DNA from: an uncultured cyanobacterium
GTDB taxonomy: Bacteria; Cyanobacteriota; Cyanobacteriia; PCC-6307; Cyanobiaceae
Reading direction: 5' to 3'
DNA: 64,000 nt
Assembly (NCBI GenBank): GCA_963765575.1
Contig: CAVXWZ010000011.1
Span: 544,001 to 608,000 of the forward strand
The stretch's first letter is position 1, and each line of letters begins with the position of its first letter. Made by a program: the position numbers and the translations under genes. Shown here in pieces: positions 1 to 9,408 of this stretch. The notes below the pieces were generated by a model, which searched no databases, was not told the origin of the DNA, and worked only from the letters and a program-made list of their open reading frames with translations.

Positions 1-1056
1 GCCACCGCAGCCGTGCCCGGTATCTCTGCCGCCGGCGCCACCCCCGAGGCCCGACGGGCCACCGCCGCTGCCGATGCCGAGCTGCTGGTGTGGGGACCGG
101 CCCGGGCACCCGTGCACGCCCTGCCACCCCTGCCGGCGGGGGTGAGCCCGGCCCTGATCAGCCACGTGGTGCTGGCCGAACTGGGACTGTTGCCCAGGCT
201 CACGGTGGTGGATCTGGGCTGTGCCGTGGCCCCGGCGGTGCCCCATCTGCGCCTGGCGGCCGGCGAGGGGGCCGGGGCGGCGGCCTGCCTGAGCGGGGGG
301 CGAGCCCTGGCACCGGCCCGGGTGCAGGCCCTGCTGCGGCGTGGTCGGTGCTGGGGGGAGCGGCTCGACCCGAGACAGCCCCTGGTGCTGGCCGAGTGCG
401 TGCCGGGGGGCACGACCACGGCCCTGGCGGTGCTGCGCGGGCTGGGGCTGGCGGCCGACGGGCTGGTGAGCGGCAGCTTGCATCGCAGTGCCCACGAGCT
501 CAAGACTGATCTGGTGAATCGGGGCCTGCTGGCCGCCGGCCTGCCGCCAGGCGGCGCCGCCCCCGAGGCCGTGCTGGCGGCGCTGGGCGATCCGATGCAG
601 GCCCTGGCCGCCGGACTGATCCCGGCGGCGGCCGGGCGCGGTGTGCCGGTGCTGCTGGCCGGCGGCAGCCAGATGGCGGCGGTGCTGGCCCTGGCCCTCG
701 ACCTGACGCCCCCGGGTCGGCGCCAGCAGCTGGCCCGCCACGTGATGCTGGCGACCACCGCCTGGGTGGTGGACGAGGACGGCAGCGATCTGGCCCGGCT
801 GTTGGGGCTGATCGGCGAGCGCTGGCAGGTCGCCCCGCGTCTCGAGGTGGCAGCGCTGCGTTTCCATGGCTGCCGCAGCGCCCCCCTGCGCGACTACGAG
901 CGCGGCTACGTCAAGGAAGGGGTGGGCGCCGGCGGCCTGGCCTGGTTGTGGCAGCGCTGCGGCCGGGATCCCGGCGATCTCGCCGATCTCTGCGATCGGG
1001 CCTGTGCCCAGCTCCTGGAGTGGCGCCGGCAGAGCGGCTCCGGAGCCTGTGCCTAG
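1..1056 (+). CDS. cobT: NaMN:5,6-dimethylbenzimidazole phosphoribosyltransferase-like protein (cyanobacterial/archaeal CobT type), 5'-partial
   Basis: Motifs PGISAAG, ECVPGGTTTA, LAGGSQM and YVKEGVGAGG. The frame is open from base 1, so the start lies outside the window. Confidence 0.85.
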   Translation, partial: ATAAVPGISAAGATPEARRATAAADAELLVWGPARAPVHALPPLPAGVSPALISHVVLAELGLLPRLTVVDLGCAVAPAVPHLRLAAGEGAGAAACLSGGRALAPARVQALLRRGRCWGERLDPRQPLVLAECVPGGTTTALAVLRGLGLAADGLVSGSLHRSAHELKTDLVNRGLLAAGLPPGGAAPEAVLAALGDPMQALAAGLIPAAAGRGVPVLLAGGSQMAAVLALALDLTPPGRRQQLARHVMLATTAWVVDEDGSDLARLLGLIGERWQVAPRLEVAALRFHGCRSAPLRDYERGYVKEGVGAGGLAWLWQRCGRDPGDLADLCDRACAQLLEWRRQSGSGACA

Positions 1057-1066
1057 GGTCGGGCCC

Positions 1067-2128
1067 ATGAGCAGTAGCGCCCCCCGTCTGAGCCGCCGTG
1101 AGCTGCTGCGATTCGGGTTGGGCGGCAGCGCTCTGCTGGCCCTGCCCGTGGGCCTGGGCGGCTGCGATCGCCCGCCTGCTGCCGAACTGCTGCATGCCCC
1201 TGGCACCCTGCCCGCCGCCTGGCTGCGGCAGCTGCCCCGGGGCTGGCGGGCCCGGGAGCTGCCGCAGCCTGAGGCGATCGGCGACCGATTGCAGCCCGAT
1301 GCTGCTGCTGCCCCGTCACCCCAGGCCCCACCGGCTCTGGTGGGCCTGGCGGACGGCTGGGCCACGGCCCTGCCGCTGCGGAGCTGGCAGCCGTTGGAGG
1401 CCGAGGCGCTGCTGGAGGGGCTCGCCGCCTGGGCCCTGCCCACCGCCCGCCTGTTTGCGGCTGCGGACCAGCCGGCCCTGGCCTTCCCCTGGTCGTTCAG
1501 TCCCTGGGTGCTGGCACTGCGCTCGCGGCCGGCCCTGGCCCGGCGCGCCGCGGAGGGCTGGGATCTGCTCCTCGATCCCAGCCTCAAGGGCAAGCTCGTG
1601 TTGCCCTCCAGCCCTCGGGTGTGCATGGAGCTGGTGGGCGGTGATTTCGAGCGCATCCAGGCCCTGCGCCGCCAGCCCCTGGCCCATGACGACCGCAATG
1701 CCCTCAACCTGCTCCTGGCCGGCGGGGCGGAGGCGGCGGTGCTGCCGTTGCGACCGCTGATCCCGTTGCTGCGCCGCGACTCACGCCTGGCGGTGGTGTT
1801 GCCGGCGACGGGGGCGCCGCTGAACTGGCAGTTGCTGCTGCGCCCTGCGGCCACCGAACCGCCGCCGCCTGCTCGTGCGCCGATCGAGCCGTGGATGGGG
1901 CGGGTGCTGGAGCCCCCCTTGCTGGCCGATCTGCTCCTGGGCGGCTGGGTGCCGCCCCTGCCGCGTCCTCTGCTGGCGCCGCTGGTGGCCCGCTTCCCCG
2001 AGGCCATCGCCCGCCTGCTGCTGCCTCCCGAGGGCGTGCTGGAGCGCTGCTGGAGCCTGCCTGCCCTCAGCGAGCCGGAGCGCCTGGCCTTGCAGACCGT
2101 GTGGGACGCGGCTGCTCCACGGGTCTGA
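1067..2128 (+). CDS. Tat-exported lipoprotein, PotD/PotF-like ABC substrate-binding protein
   Basis: ATG at 1067, SRRELL twin-arginine signal, LGGC lipobox, and a WDLLLDPSLKGKL motif of polyamine-type binding proteins. Confidence 0.65.
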   Translation: MSSSAPRLSRRELLRFGLGGSALLALPVGLGGCDRPPAAELLHAPGTLPAAWLRQLPRGWRARELPQPEAIGDRLQPDAAAAPSPQAPPALVGLADGWATALPLRSWQPLEAEALLEGLAAWALPTARLFAAADQPALAFPWSFSPWVLALRSRPALARRAAEGWDLLLDPSLKGKLVLPSSPRVCMELVGGDFERIQALRRQPLAHDDRNALNLLLAGGAEAAVLPLRPLIPLLRRDSRLAVVLPATGAPLNWQLLLRPAATEPPPPARAPIEPWMGRVLEPPLLADLLLGGWVPPLPRPLLAPLVARFPEAIARLLLPPEGVLERCWSLPALSEPERLALQTVWDAAAPRV

Positions 2129-3358
2129 TCAGCTCCACAGGCGCCGCCGCGGCGCCGCCGCCAGCCGCCGGTGGGTGTCGGCCAGCAAGTCAGGGATGGC
2201 CAGTTGGTGGGGGCAGCGGGGCAGGCAGTCGCCGCAGCTGCGGCAGGCTTCGGCGTTGAGCGCTTCCCACCAGTGGCCGGCGCGGCCGATGAGGTTGTAG
2301 CGCTCGCCGGCGAAGGCGGTCATGCCGTGCCCCAGCGCCAGGTTGCGCAGCCGCAGCAGCTCCGGAATCGGCACGGCATTGGGACAGGGCAGGCAAGCGC
2401 GGCACTGGCCGCAGCGCTCCACCCCCAGGCGCCCGCGGCCCGCCGCCGTCAGGCGCTCGAGGGCACGGCGCTGTGGACGGCTCAGCCAGGAGCCCGTCGG
2501 GCTGGTCTGGCCGCACCCCCCACTGCTGGCCGCGGGCCCGGCGAGGGCGGCGGCCCAGGCCAGATCGCCAGGCTGCTCGGCCCCCAGGCTGAGGGTGGAG
2601 ATCCCCTGGTCGAGCAGAAAGCGGTAGGCGAGCTCCAGGGGCTGGAATGGCGCGCAGTCGGCCACCAGCTCCGGCGGCGGGTCGTAGAGGCGGCCTCCCT
2701 TGTCGGCCGGCGAGATGGCCAGCACGCCGATGCCCGCGGCCAAGGCGCTGCGGGCGAGCGGCAGGCGGCTTTGGTCGAACAGGTGCAGGTGCAGGCTGCA
2801 GAAGCTGAACCGGCCCGTGGCCAGGGCCTGCTCGATCAGGACGTTGCTGCCGTGGCTGGAGAAGCCCAGCTGGCCCACCAGCCCCTCGCCGAGTGCCCAG
2901 GCCAGCAGGTCGGCGCCCGCCCCCCGGGTGGCCCAGCGCAGGTGCTCGGGGCGGTTGAGCCCATGCACGGCCAGGTTGTCCAGACGTTCGACCCCCAGCC
3001 GCTTGAGGATCGCCCGCAGCTGCTGGCGCCCGGCAGCCGGCTCCAGGCCCGGCAGCAGCTTGCTGGTGAGGCGCCAGCCGCCCGCCGGTGCCAGCCCCTC
3101 GGCGGCCAGGTTGGCCAGGGCCAGGCCCAGGAAGCGTTCCGCCGGGCCATAGGCCGGCGCGGTCTCCAGGTGGTTGATGCCAGCCGCCAGGGCGGCCCGC
3201 AGCACCGCCTCCATCTGGGCCGGGCTGGCCAGGGCCCGCATGGTGCCCAGGGTGAACACCGAGACCCCCGCCCCGGCGCCGAAGGGGCGCTGGATGGCCG
3301 CGGGCGGTGGGCCGGCCTGTCCGATTGCTTCAGACCGGGCTGGTGCCGGGATTGTCAT
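2129..3358 (-). CDS. Aldo/keto reductase with C-terminal 4Fe-4S dicluster
   Basis: LGTMR, HLETAPAYG and GFSSHG motifs, plus CGQCRACLPCP and CRSCGDCLPRCP ferredoxin motifs. Confidence 0.85.
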   Translation of the reverse strand: MTIPAPARSEAIGQAGPPPAAIQRPFGAGAGVSVFTLGTMRALASPAQMEAVLRAALAAGINHLETAPAYGPAERFLGLALANLAAEGLAPAGGWRLTSKLLPGLEPAAGRQQLRAILKRLGVERLDNLAVHGLNRPEHLRWATRGAGADLLAWALGEGLVGQLGFSSHGSNVLIEQALATGRFSFCSLHLHLFDQSRLPLARSALAAGIGVLAISPADKGGRLYDPPPELVADCAPFQPLELAYRFLLDQGISTLSLGAEQPGDLAWAAALAGPAASSGGCGQTSPTGSWLSRPQRRALERLTAAGRGRLGVERCGQCRACLPCPNAVPIPELLRLRNLALGHGMTAFAGERYNLIGRAGHWWEALNAEACRSCGDCLPRCPHQLAIPDLLADTHRRLAAAPRRRLWS

Positions 3359-3947
3359 CGCTGGGGTCGCCTGATTCCTCGTTGCCCGGTTCCGCCTCGC
3401 CGGCGGCGTCGCCGCCCGCTTCCGGCTCGGGCTGGGCCTGGCTGAGGTGGCGCACCAGCTCGGCGGGGCTCACCGAGTCGAGGAAGCGGCGGAACTCACT
3501 GCTGTCCTCGGCGTCGGCTTCGGCATCCACGGGGATCGAGGCATCGGCCACCACCTCCTCCAGCATCCAGATGCCGCTGCCGGTGCGCACCGCCAGGGCA
3601 ATCGAGTCACTGGGGCGGGCGTCCACCTCCAGCGGCGCTTCCTGGCCTTCGCCCTCCGCCTCGCCCTGGCGGCTGAGTCTGAGCACGGCGCGGAAGGTGT
3701 TGTCCTCAATGGCGTGGATGATCACCCGCTCCAGCTGCAGCCCCCCCGCCCTCAGCAACGACACCATCAGGTCGTGGCTGAGGGGCCTGGGGGGCGGCTC
3801 ATCGGCCACGCCGGCCAGGATGTTCTGGGCCTGGGCCTGGTCGATCCAGATCGGCACCTGGCGGCGGCCCGAGGGATCGCGCAGCAGCACGATCGGACTG
3901 CGGCTGGCCGCATCCAGGGCGATGCCGGCGACGCGCATTTCCACCAT
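3330..3947 (-). CDS. Bifunctional nuclease family protein (DUF151)
   Basis: Starts MVEMRVAGIALD; motifs PIWI, RPLSHDL and DARPSDSIALAVR. Confidence 0.9.
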   Translation of the reverse strand: MVEMRVAGIALDAASRSPIVLLRDPSGRRQVPIWIDQAQAQNILAGVADEPPPRPLSHDLMVSLLRAGGLQLERVIIHAIEDNTFRAVLRLSRQGEAEGEGQEAPLEVDARPSDSIALAVRTGSGIWMLEEVVADASIPVDAEADAEDSSEFRRFLDSVSPAELVRHLSQAQPEPEAGGDAAGEAEPGNEESGDPSDDNPGTSPV

Positions 3948-3997
3948 GGCCCGGCTCCCCCTCTGATCGATTATGACCACTGGGCTGGTTGGCAACG

Positions 3998-4681
3998 ATG
4001 TTCACCGGACTGGTGCGGGCCACGGGCGTGATCGAACGGTCGGGCGGTGGCGTGCGGCTGCGCTGGAGCCCGGCTGCGGACCAGTGGGCTCCCGCCCAGC
4101 TGGCCCTGGGTGAGAGCGTGGCTGTGGATGGGGTCTGCCTGACGGTGGCGGAGCGTCTGGCCGATGGTTTCCGCGCCGATGTCAGCGAGGAGACCCTGGG
4201 GCGCAGCACCCTGGCCGGCAAGGCCGATCGCCGCGCCGCCGTGAACCTGGAGCCGGCCCTGCGCCTGGTGGACCGCCTGGGCGGCCATCTGGTGAGTGGC
4301 CATGTCGATGGCCTCGGCTGGGTGCAGGCGATCGAGGCCAGGCAGGGCTCCTGGCACCTGGAGATTCGTTGGCACGACCCGGCCTACGGCCGCTACGTGT
4401 GCGAGAAGGCCAGCGTGGCGGTGGATGGCGTCAGCCTCACCGTGGCCGGCAGCGGCGAGGCTGGTGGCTGGTTCTGGATCGCCGTGATCCCCCACACCTG
4501 GACCGGCACCACCCTGCAGTGGCTGCGGCCGGGCGATGCGGTGAATCTGGAAGCCGACCTGCTGGCGAAATACACCGAGAGCCTGCTGCAGGCCCGCCTG
4601 GATGGCCCATCGGCTGCCGCCGCCAGCGGCGGGCCGGCCCTCGATCGGGCCTGGCTGGCTGAGCACGGCTGGGGAGCCTAG
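3998..4681 (+). CDS. ribE: Riboflavin synthase alpha chain
   Basis: MFTG N-terminus, duplicated SVAVDGVCLTV/SVAVDGVSLTV, VNLE and GGHLVSGHVD. Confidence 0.95.
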   Translation: MFTGLVRATGVIERSGGGVRLRWSPAADQWAPAQLALGESVAVDGVCLTVAERLADGFRADVSEETLGRSTLAGKADRRAAVNLEPALRLVDRLGGHLVSGHVDGLGWVQAIEARQGSWHLEIRWHDPAYGRYVCEKASVAVDGVSLTVAGSGEAGGWFWIAVIPHTWTGTTLQWLRPGDAVNLEADLLAKYTESLLQARLDGPSAAAASGGPALDRAWLAEHGWGA

Positions 4682-4707
4682 TTTCGGTTTCAGCCCTCCC
4701 TGAGCCG

Positions 4708-5361
4708 ATGACCCGAGCTTCCCGACTGCGCTTAGGGGGGCAGCTGCGCGCCTTCACCCTCTTCGAAGGGGTGCTGATGCTGGTGCTGGGGGTGCTGGCG
4801 CTGCTCTTCCCGGTGCTGGCTTCGGTGTGGGCCACGGCAGCGGTGGCCGTGGCCTTCCTGGTGGGCGGCCTCGTGGGCTGGATCGACAACCTGATGCGGG
4901 CCCGCATGCTCAACCGCTGGCTCAGCTTCTGGCGGCTGGTGGTCTCCACCCTGTTTCTGGTGGCCGGGTTCACGATCATTCAGCAGCTGGGCTCGGGCCT
5001 GGCCGCCGCCGCCGCCTCGGTGGCCACCCTGGCGCTGGCGATCGGCCTGGTGTTCCTGGTGGAGGGGGCCGTGGCCGTTGGCGTGTCCCTCTCCCACCGG
5101 CGCATCCGGGGCTGGGGCTGGGGGCTGCTCAACGGCCTGGTGACCCTGGTGCTGGGGGTTGTGATCCTGACCATGGCCAAGCCCTCCCTGCTGGGCGTGA
5201 TCGGCGTGCTGGTGGGGGTGAGCTTCCTGTTCAGCGGCATCGATCTGCTCACCTTCAGCGCCAGCTTCCACGACGACGATGGGCTTGAGGACGGCGACCC
5301 AGCGGCAGAGCTGGACCCTGGGGCAGGGCCTGCCCCCGCCCCAGGCAAGGACCTGGTCTGA
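4708..5361 (+). CDS. HdeD/DUF308 family membrane protein
   Basis: About six hydrophobic helices; GWGWGLLNGLVTLVLG and IGVLVGVSFLFSG patterns. Confidence 0.75.
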   Translation: MTRASRLRLGGQLRAFTLFEGVLMLVLGVLALLFPVLASVWATAAVAVAFLVGGLVGWIDNLMRARMLNRWLSFWRLVVSTLFLVAGFTIIQQLGSGLAAAAASVATLALAIGLVFLVEGAVAVGVSLSHRRIRGWGWGLLNGLVTLVLGVVILTMAKPSLLGVIGVLVGVSFLFSGIDLLTFSASFHDDDGLEDGDPAAELDPGAGPAPAPGKDLV

Positions 5362-5368
5362 TCGCCCT

Positions 5369-5794
5369 TCAGGCGTCGGCCTCGCCAGCTTCGCCGCCGC
5401 TGACCGTGCCCGCTTCGGTTTGCCCGTCCCGGCCGTCCGTCTCCACCCGCGTGAGCCAGATGGCGCCGGTGTCGGGGTGCAGGTCGATGCGGAACTCCTG
5501 GCCAGGTTCGAGCCCCAACTGGCGGGTGTAGGCGTTGCCGATCAGGAGATTGCCGTTGCCGTGAACGCGGGTGCGGAATTCGGCCTGCCGCCCCCGGGTG
5601 CCGGCTGGGCTGCTCGCCGCCGCCCCGGTGTGGGCGGGCAGGGCGTAGCCCTTGGCGGCCACCAGGGCCCTGTAGAAGCTCTTGCGCAGCACCCGGCCGC
5701 TGGGCCCCACGTAGCCGCAGGCGCGGGCGATCTGATCTTCCGGCCGGTTGCTCAGGGCTCGGGCCCGATCCAGCAGGGCCTTGCCCTCAAGCAT
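5369..5794 (-). CDS. Cyanobacterial AbrB-like transcriptional regulator
   Basis: ACGYV...FYRALVAAKG and GRQAEFRTRVHGNGNLLIGNAYT...PGQEF motifs. Start could be at 5827. Confidence 0.88.
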   Translation of the reverse strand: MLEGKALLDRARALSNRPEDQIARACGYVGPSGRVLRKSFYRALVAAKGYALPAHTGAAASSPAGTRGRQAEFRTRVHGNGNLLIGNAYTRQLGLEPGQEFRIDLHPDTGAIWLTRVETDGRDGQTEAGTVSGGEAGEADA

Positions 5795-5930
5795 TTCGTC
5801 CTGACCGTGGCCGCTGCCTGACGCCATGGCTGTGATTCCTACTCCCATCTGCCTGGCTGAATTGTGCCCAACGCCTCTGTCGATCGCCAACATGAGCGCC
5901 TGGGGCCTGCCTTGGCTTGAGCGGTCTCAT

Positions 5931-5980
5931 CAGAGCGACCCGTCCAGAGCGACCCGTTCAGAGCAGCCCGTTCAGAGCAG
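5931..5980. repeat. Imperfect 14-bp tandem repeat (CAGAGCGACCCGTY, about 3.5 copies) overlapping the ctaE stop codon
   Basis: cagagcgacccgtc/cagagcgacccgtt/cagagcagcccgtt/cagagcag read directly. Confidence 0.8.
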
Positions 5981-6583
5981 ATAGAGCAGGGCATAGAGCA
6001 CCACCCAGATTCCATCCACGAAGTGCCAGTACAGCTCGGCCGCCTCCAGTCCGAAGGGGGTGCTGGAGCTGATCGCTCCACCCCGGCGGGATTGCAGCGC
6101 CACAACGGCGATGCAGATCACTCCCAGGGTCACGTGCAGGCCGTGGAACCCAGTGAGGGCATAGAAGGTGCTGGCGAACAGGTTGTCGGTGAGTCCGAAG
6201 GGCAGGCTGAAGTACTCCACCATCTGTCCAGCCAGAAAGGCCACGCCCAGGAAGGCGGTGAGCAGCAACCAGTTGCGGGAGGCAACCGGACGGTCGGCCA
6301 GGCATTCCCGGCCCGCCCTGTGGAACGTGAGGCTGCTCACCAGCAGCAGCACCGTGTTGATGCTGGGCAGGATCAGTTCCAGCTCGTAGGTGCTGCCCTC
6401 GGGCAGGGGGTTGACGGCCCGGAAGGTGAGGTAGGCGGCGAAGAAGCCGGCGAAGGTCATGCCGTCCGCCACCAGGAAGGTGGCCAGGCCAAACAGCCGC
6501 GCATCGTGATGGGCTTCGCTGGCGTGGGCCTGGTCCTGCAGCTCGGCAGGCTGGGCGCCGGTGGCTGGGGTGGTGGCTGTCAT
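5972..6583 (-). CDS. ctaE: Cytochrome c oxidase subunit III
   Basis: TGFHGLHV and YWHFVD motifs; overlaps the ctaD stop (ATGA). Confidence 0.95.
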   Translation of the reverse strand: MTATTPATGAQPAELQDQAHASEAHHDARLFGLATFLVADGMTFAGFFAAYLTFRAVNPLPEGSTYELELILPSINTVLLLVSSLTFHRAGRECLADRPVASRNWLLLTAFLGVAFLAGQMVEYFSLPFGLTDNLFASTFYALTGFHGLHVTLGVICIAVVALQSRRGGAISSSTPFGLEAAELYWHFVDGIWVVLYALLYLL

Positions 6584-8223
6584 CGGGCCGGCTCCAGGGG
6601 GGTGTCAGCGGTCTTGACGGGCGTGCCGTAGCCGTAGGGCTCGGTGACCAGGGGGGCTTCGCCGATCCAGTTCTCCACCGGGGGGGGCGAGCTGGTGAGC
6701 CATTCCGGGGTCAGGGCATTCCAGGGATTGTCGCCCGCCACCTCGCCACGGAATGCCGTGATCACGACATTGAGCAGCAACGGCAGGGTGCTGATCGCCA
6801 TGATCAGAGCCCCCACACTGCTCAGCTGGTTGAGGGTTGTGAAGGTGGGGTCGTATTCGGCCACGCGGCGAGGCATGCCATTGAGGCCCAGCCAGTGCTG
6901 CGGCAGGAAGCAGAGGGTGAAGCCGATGAAGGTGAGCACAAAGTGCAGCCGGCCCAGGTCTTCGTTGAGCATCCGACCGCTGAACTTTGGATACCAGTGG
7001 TAGATCGACGCGAAGATCACGAAGACCGTACCGCCGTAGACGATGTAATGGAAGTGACCCACCACGTAGTAGGTGTCATGCACGTGAATGTCAAAGGGCA
7101 CCTGGGCCAGGGTGATGCCGGTGATGCCGCCAAGCACGAAGTTGAGGATGAAGCCGCAGGAAAACAGCATCGCTGAATTCAAGGCGATCTTGCCACCCCA
7201 GAGCGTGGCCAGCCAATTGAAGAACTTGATTCCCGTGGGCACGGCGATAAAGGAAGTGGCGATCGTGAAAAACAGCCGCATCCAGGGGGGCGTTCCACTG
7301 GTGAACATGTGGTGAGCCCAGACGATCAACCCCAGAAAAACAATCGCCATGATCGAATACACCATGGTGGTGTAACCGAACAACGGCTTGCGTGCATGCA
7401 CCGGCAGGATCTCACTGACGAGCCCAAATGCCGGCAGCACCATGATGTAAACGGCTGGATGTGAATAGAACCAAAAGAGGTGCTGATACACAACCACATT
7501 GCCGCCCATGGCCGGATTGAAGAAGCCGGTGTGGGCAATGATGTCAAAGCTCAGCAGGATCAACACCCCCGCCAGCACCGGCGTTGACAGCACCACCAAC
7601 AGACTGGTGCCGAGCATGGCCCAGCAATACATCGGCAGCTGCATCAGCTTCAGCCCCGGCCGCCGCAGCTTCAGCACGGTGGCGATGAAATTCACGGCCC
7701 CGAAGATTGAGCTGCCGCCCAACAGCAGCACACTCAGGATCCACACGACTTGCCCCGCTGCTGGCGTTGTGAGGCTGAGGGGCGGGTAGGCGGTCCAGCC
7801 GGATTGGGAGGCGGCACCGGCGAGAAAATAGCTGCTGATCAGCAACAGACCCGCTGGCGGGATCATCCAGAAGGCAACCGCATTCAAGCGTGGGAAGGCC
7901 ATGTCTCGTGCCCCCACGTAGAAGGGGATGAGATAATTTCCAAATCCCCCATTAACCACCGGCACGATCCAAAGGAAGATCATTATGGTGCCGTGCAGTG
8001 TGAGCACCTCGTTGTAGGTATCGCGACTCACGAAGTCGGAGATCGGACTGACCAGTTCTGTGCGGATCACACCGGCGAGGGCGCCACCGACGAGATAGAA
8101 GAAAAAGCCGCACACCAGATACTGGAGGCCGATCACCTTGTGATCGAGGCTGAAGCTCAAAAAGCGCATCCAGCCCGTGGGCTGCAGTCCGGGGCGCAGG
8201 GAGCTGGGGTCGGCAAGGGTCAT
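6580..8223 (-). CDS. ctaD: Cytochrome c oxidase subunit I
   Basis: DHKVIG, DMAFPRLN, HLFWFYSHPAVY, WAHHMF and GHFHY heme-copper motifs. Start taken at MTLADP. Confidence 0.97.
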   Translation of the reverse strand: MTLADPSSLRPGLQPTGWMRFLSFSLDHKVIGLQYLVCGFFFYLVGGALAGVIRTELVSPISDFVSRDTYNEVLTLHGTIMIFLWIVPVVNGGFGNYLIPFYVGARDMAFPRLNAVAFWMIPPAGLLLISSYFLAGAASQSGWTAYPPLSLTTPAAGQVVWILSVLLLGGSSIFGAVNFIATVLKLRRPGLKLMQLPMYCWAMLGTSLLVVLSTPVLAGVLILLSFDIIAHTGFFNPAMGGNVVVYQHLFWFYSHPAVYIMVLPAFGLVSEILPVHARKPLFGYTTMVYSIMAIVFLGLIVWAHHMFTSGTPPWMRLFFTIATSFIAVPTGIKFFNWLATLWGGKIALNSAMLFSCGFILNFVLGGITGITLAQVPFDIHVHDTYYVVGHFHYIVYGGTVFVIFASIYHWYPKFSGRMLNEDLGRLHFVLTFIGFTLCFLPQHWLGLNGMPRRVAEYDPTFTTLNQLSSVGALIMAISTLPLLLNVVITAFRGEVAGDNPWNALTPEWLTSSPPPVENWIGEAPLVTEPYGYGTPVKTADTPLEPAR

Positions 8224-8245
8224 CGGAAAGGCTGAAACAGCAGGC

Positions 8246-9136
8246 TCAGGTGGTGGTGGCCGGTGCGTTCTGGTTGAACCAGGCTTGAAAGTCATCCGCC
8301 TCATGGACAACCACCGACGTGCGCATGCCGCCGTGGTAAGCGCCGCAGAGCTCGGCGCAGATCACCGGGTAGGTGCCCGGGCGGGTGGCGGTGAAGGAGA
8401 GCAGGGTGGGCTGGCCGGGAATCACATCCTGCTTGAGGCGGAACTGGGGCACCCAGAAGGCGTGGATCACATCGCGGGCCTCCATGCGCAGTTGCACGGG
8501 CTGGCCGACCGGCACATGCAGCTCACCACTGGTGATGTCACCGTCTGGGTAGTGGAAGATGAAGGCGAATTGCATGGCCGTGACCTCGACCGGCATGGCG
8601 GCCATGGCAACGCCGGCGCTGCCGATCCCGCCCCAGACCCGCTCGGCCGGCGCGTCCTGGGAGACCTCCATCAGGGAGGAGTCGGTTGTGCTGTTGGCCA
8701 TGCTCCCTTGGCTCATGGCCGCATTAGTCATGGCGCCGTGATCCATGGCGCTGTGATCCATGGCGCCGTGATCGAGGCTGGCCATCCCACCCATGCGCTC
8801 ATAGATGTCGTAGCTGTAGATGCCAACGAACAGGATCACGATGGCGGGGATCGCCGTCCAGACGATCTCCAGCGGCAGGTTGCCTTCGATGGCCGGGCCG
8901 TCGGCCACTTCCCCCGGGCGGCGGCGGAAGCGCACCAGGCTGTAGACCAAAACGATCAGGATGCCCAGAAACAGGGTGGTGCCGATGCTGAACAGCACCT
9001 GGAAGAGGCTGTCGTAGGGGGGAGCGTTGGTGCTGGCATCCACTGGCAGCAGGTTCACCCCACGACCCACCAGCAGGCCGGTGACCGAGAGGCCGGTGGC
9101 GGCGAGGGCCGCTGTGATGGCGGTGCGAATCTGCAC
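8246..9136 (-). CDS. ctaC: Cytochrome c oxidase subunit II
   Basis: LEIVWTAIP, DVIHAFWVP and the CuA motif CAELCGAYHGGM. Confidence 0.96.
   Translation of the reverse strand: MQIRTAITAALAATGLSVTGLLVGRGVNLLPVDASTNAPPYDSLFQVLFSIGTTLFLGILIVLVYSLVRFRRRPGEVADGPAIEGNLPLEIVWTAIPAIVILFVGIYSYDIYERMGGMASLDHGAMDHSAMDHGAMTNAAMSQGSMANSTTDSSLMEVSQDAPAERVWGGIGSAGVAMAAMPVEVTAMQFAFIFHYPDGDITSGELHVPVGQPVQLRMEARDVIHAFWVPQFRLKQDVIPGQPTLLSFTATRPGTYPVICAELCGAYHGGMRTSVVVHEADDFQAWFNQNAPATTT
8729..8773. repeat. 15-bp in-frame tandem repeat x3 encoding DHGAM/DHSAM/DHGAM in CoxB
   Basis: catggcgccgtgatc, catggcgctgtgatc, catggcgccgtgatc. Confidence 0.9.
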
Positions 9137-9408
9137 TGGCAGTCCTTGGTCAGGGTGAAGCTATCCGGAGTGTCGCCAGGGCGCGAAGGGTTGGCCGCCA
9201 GCGGCGATGAAAGCGACGCTTTGTCACATCGACGGCTCCTCCTTCAGGCCGGGGTTGAACCATCAGACGATTCTTCATCCATCGAACCCTGAGATCGGGC
9301 TTCGGGGTTGGGCGGTGCCGGCCCATGTGGCGAAACCAAGATGGCTGCCGATCCCCATCCTTGCGCTTCTGAACCCCTGGCTACCTTGACTCGACCATTC
9401 GGGGTGCC

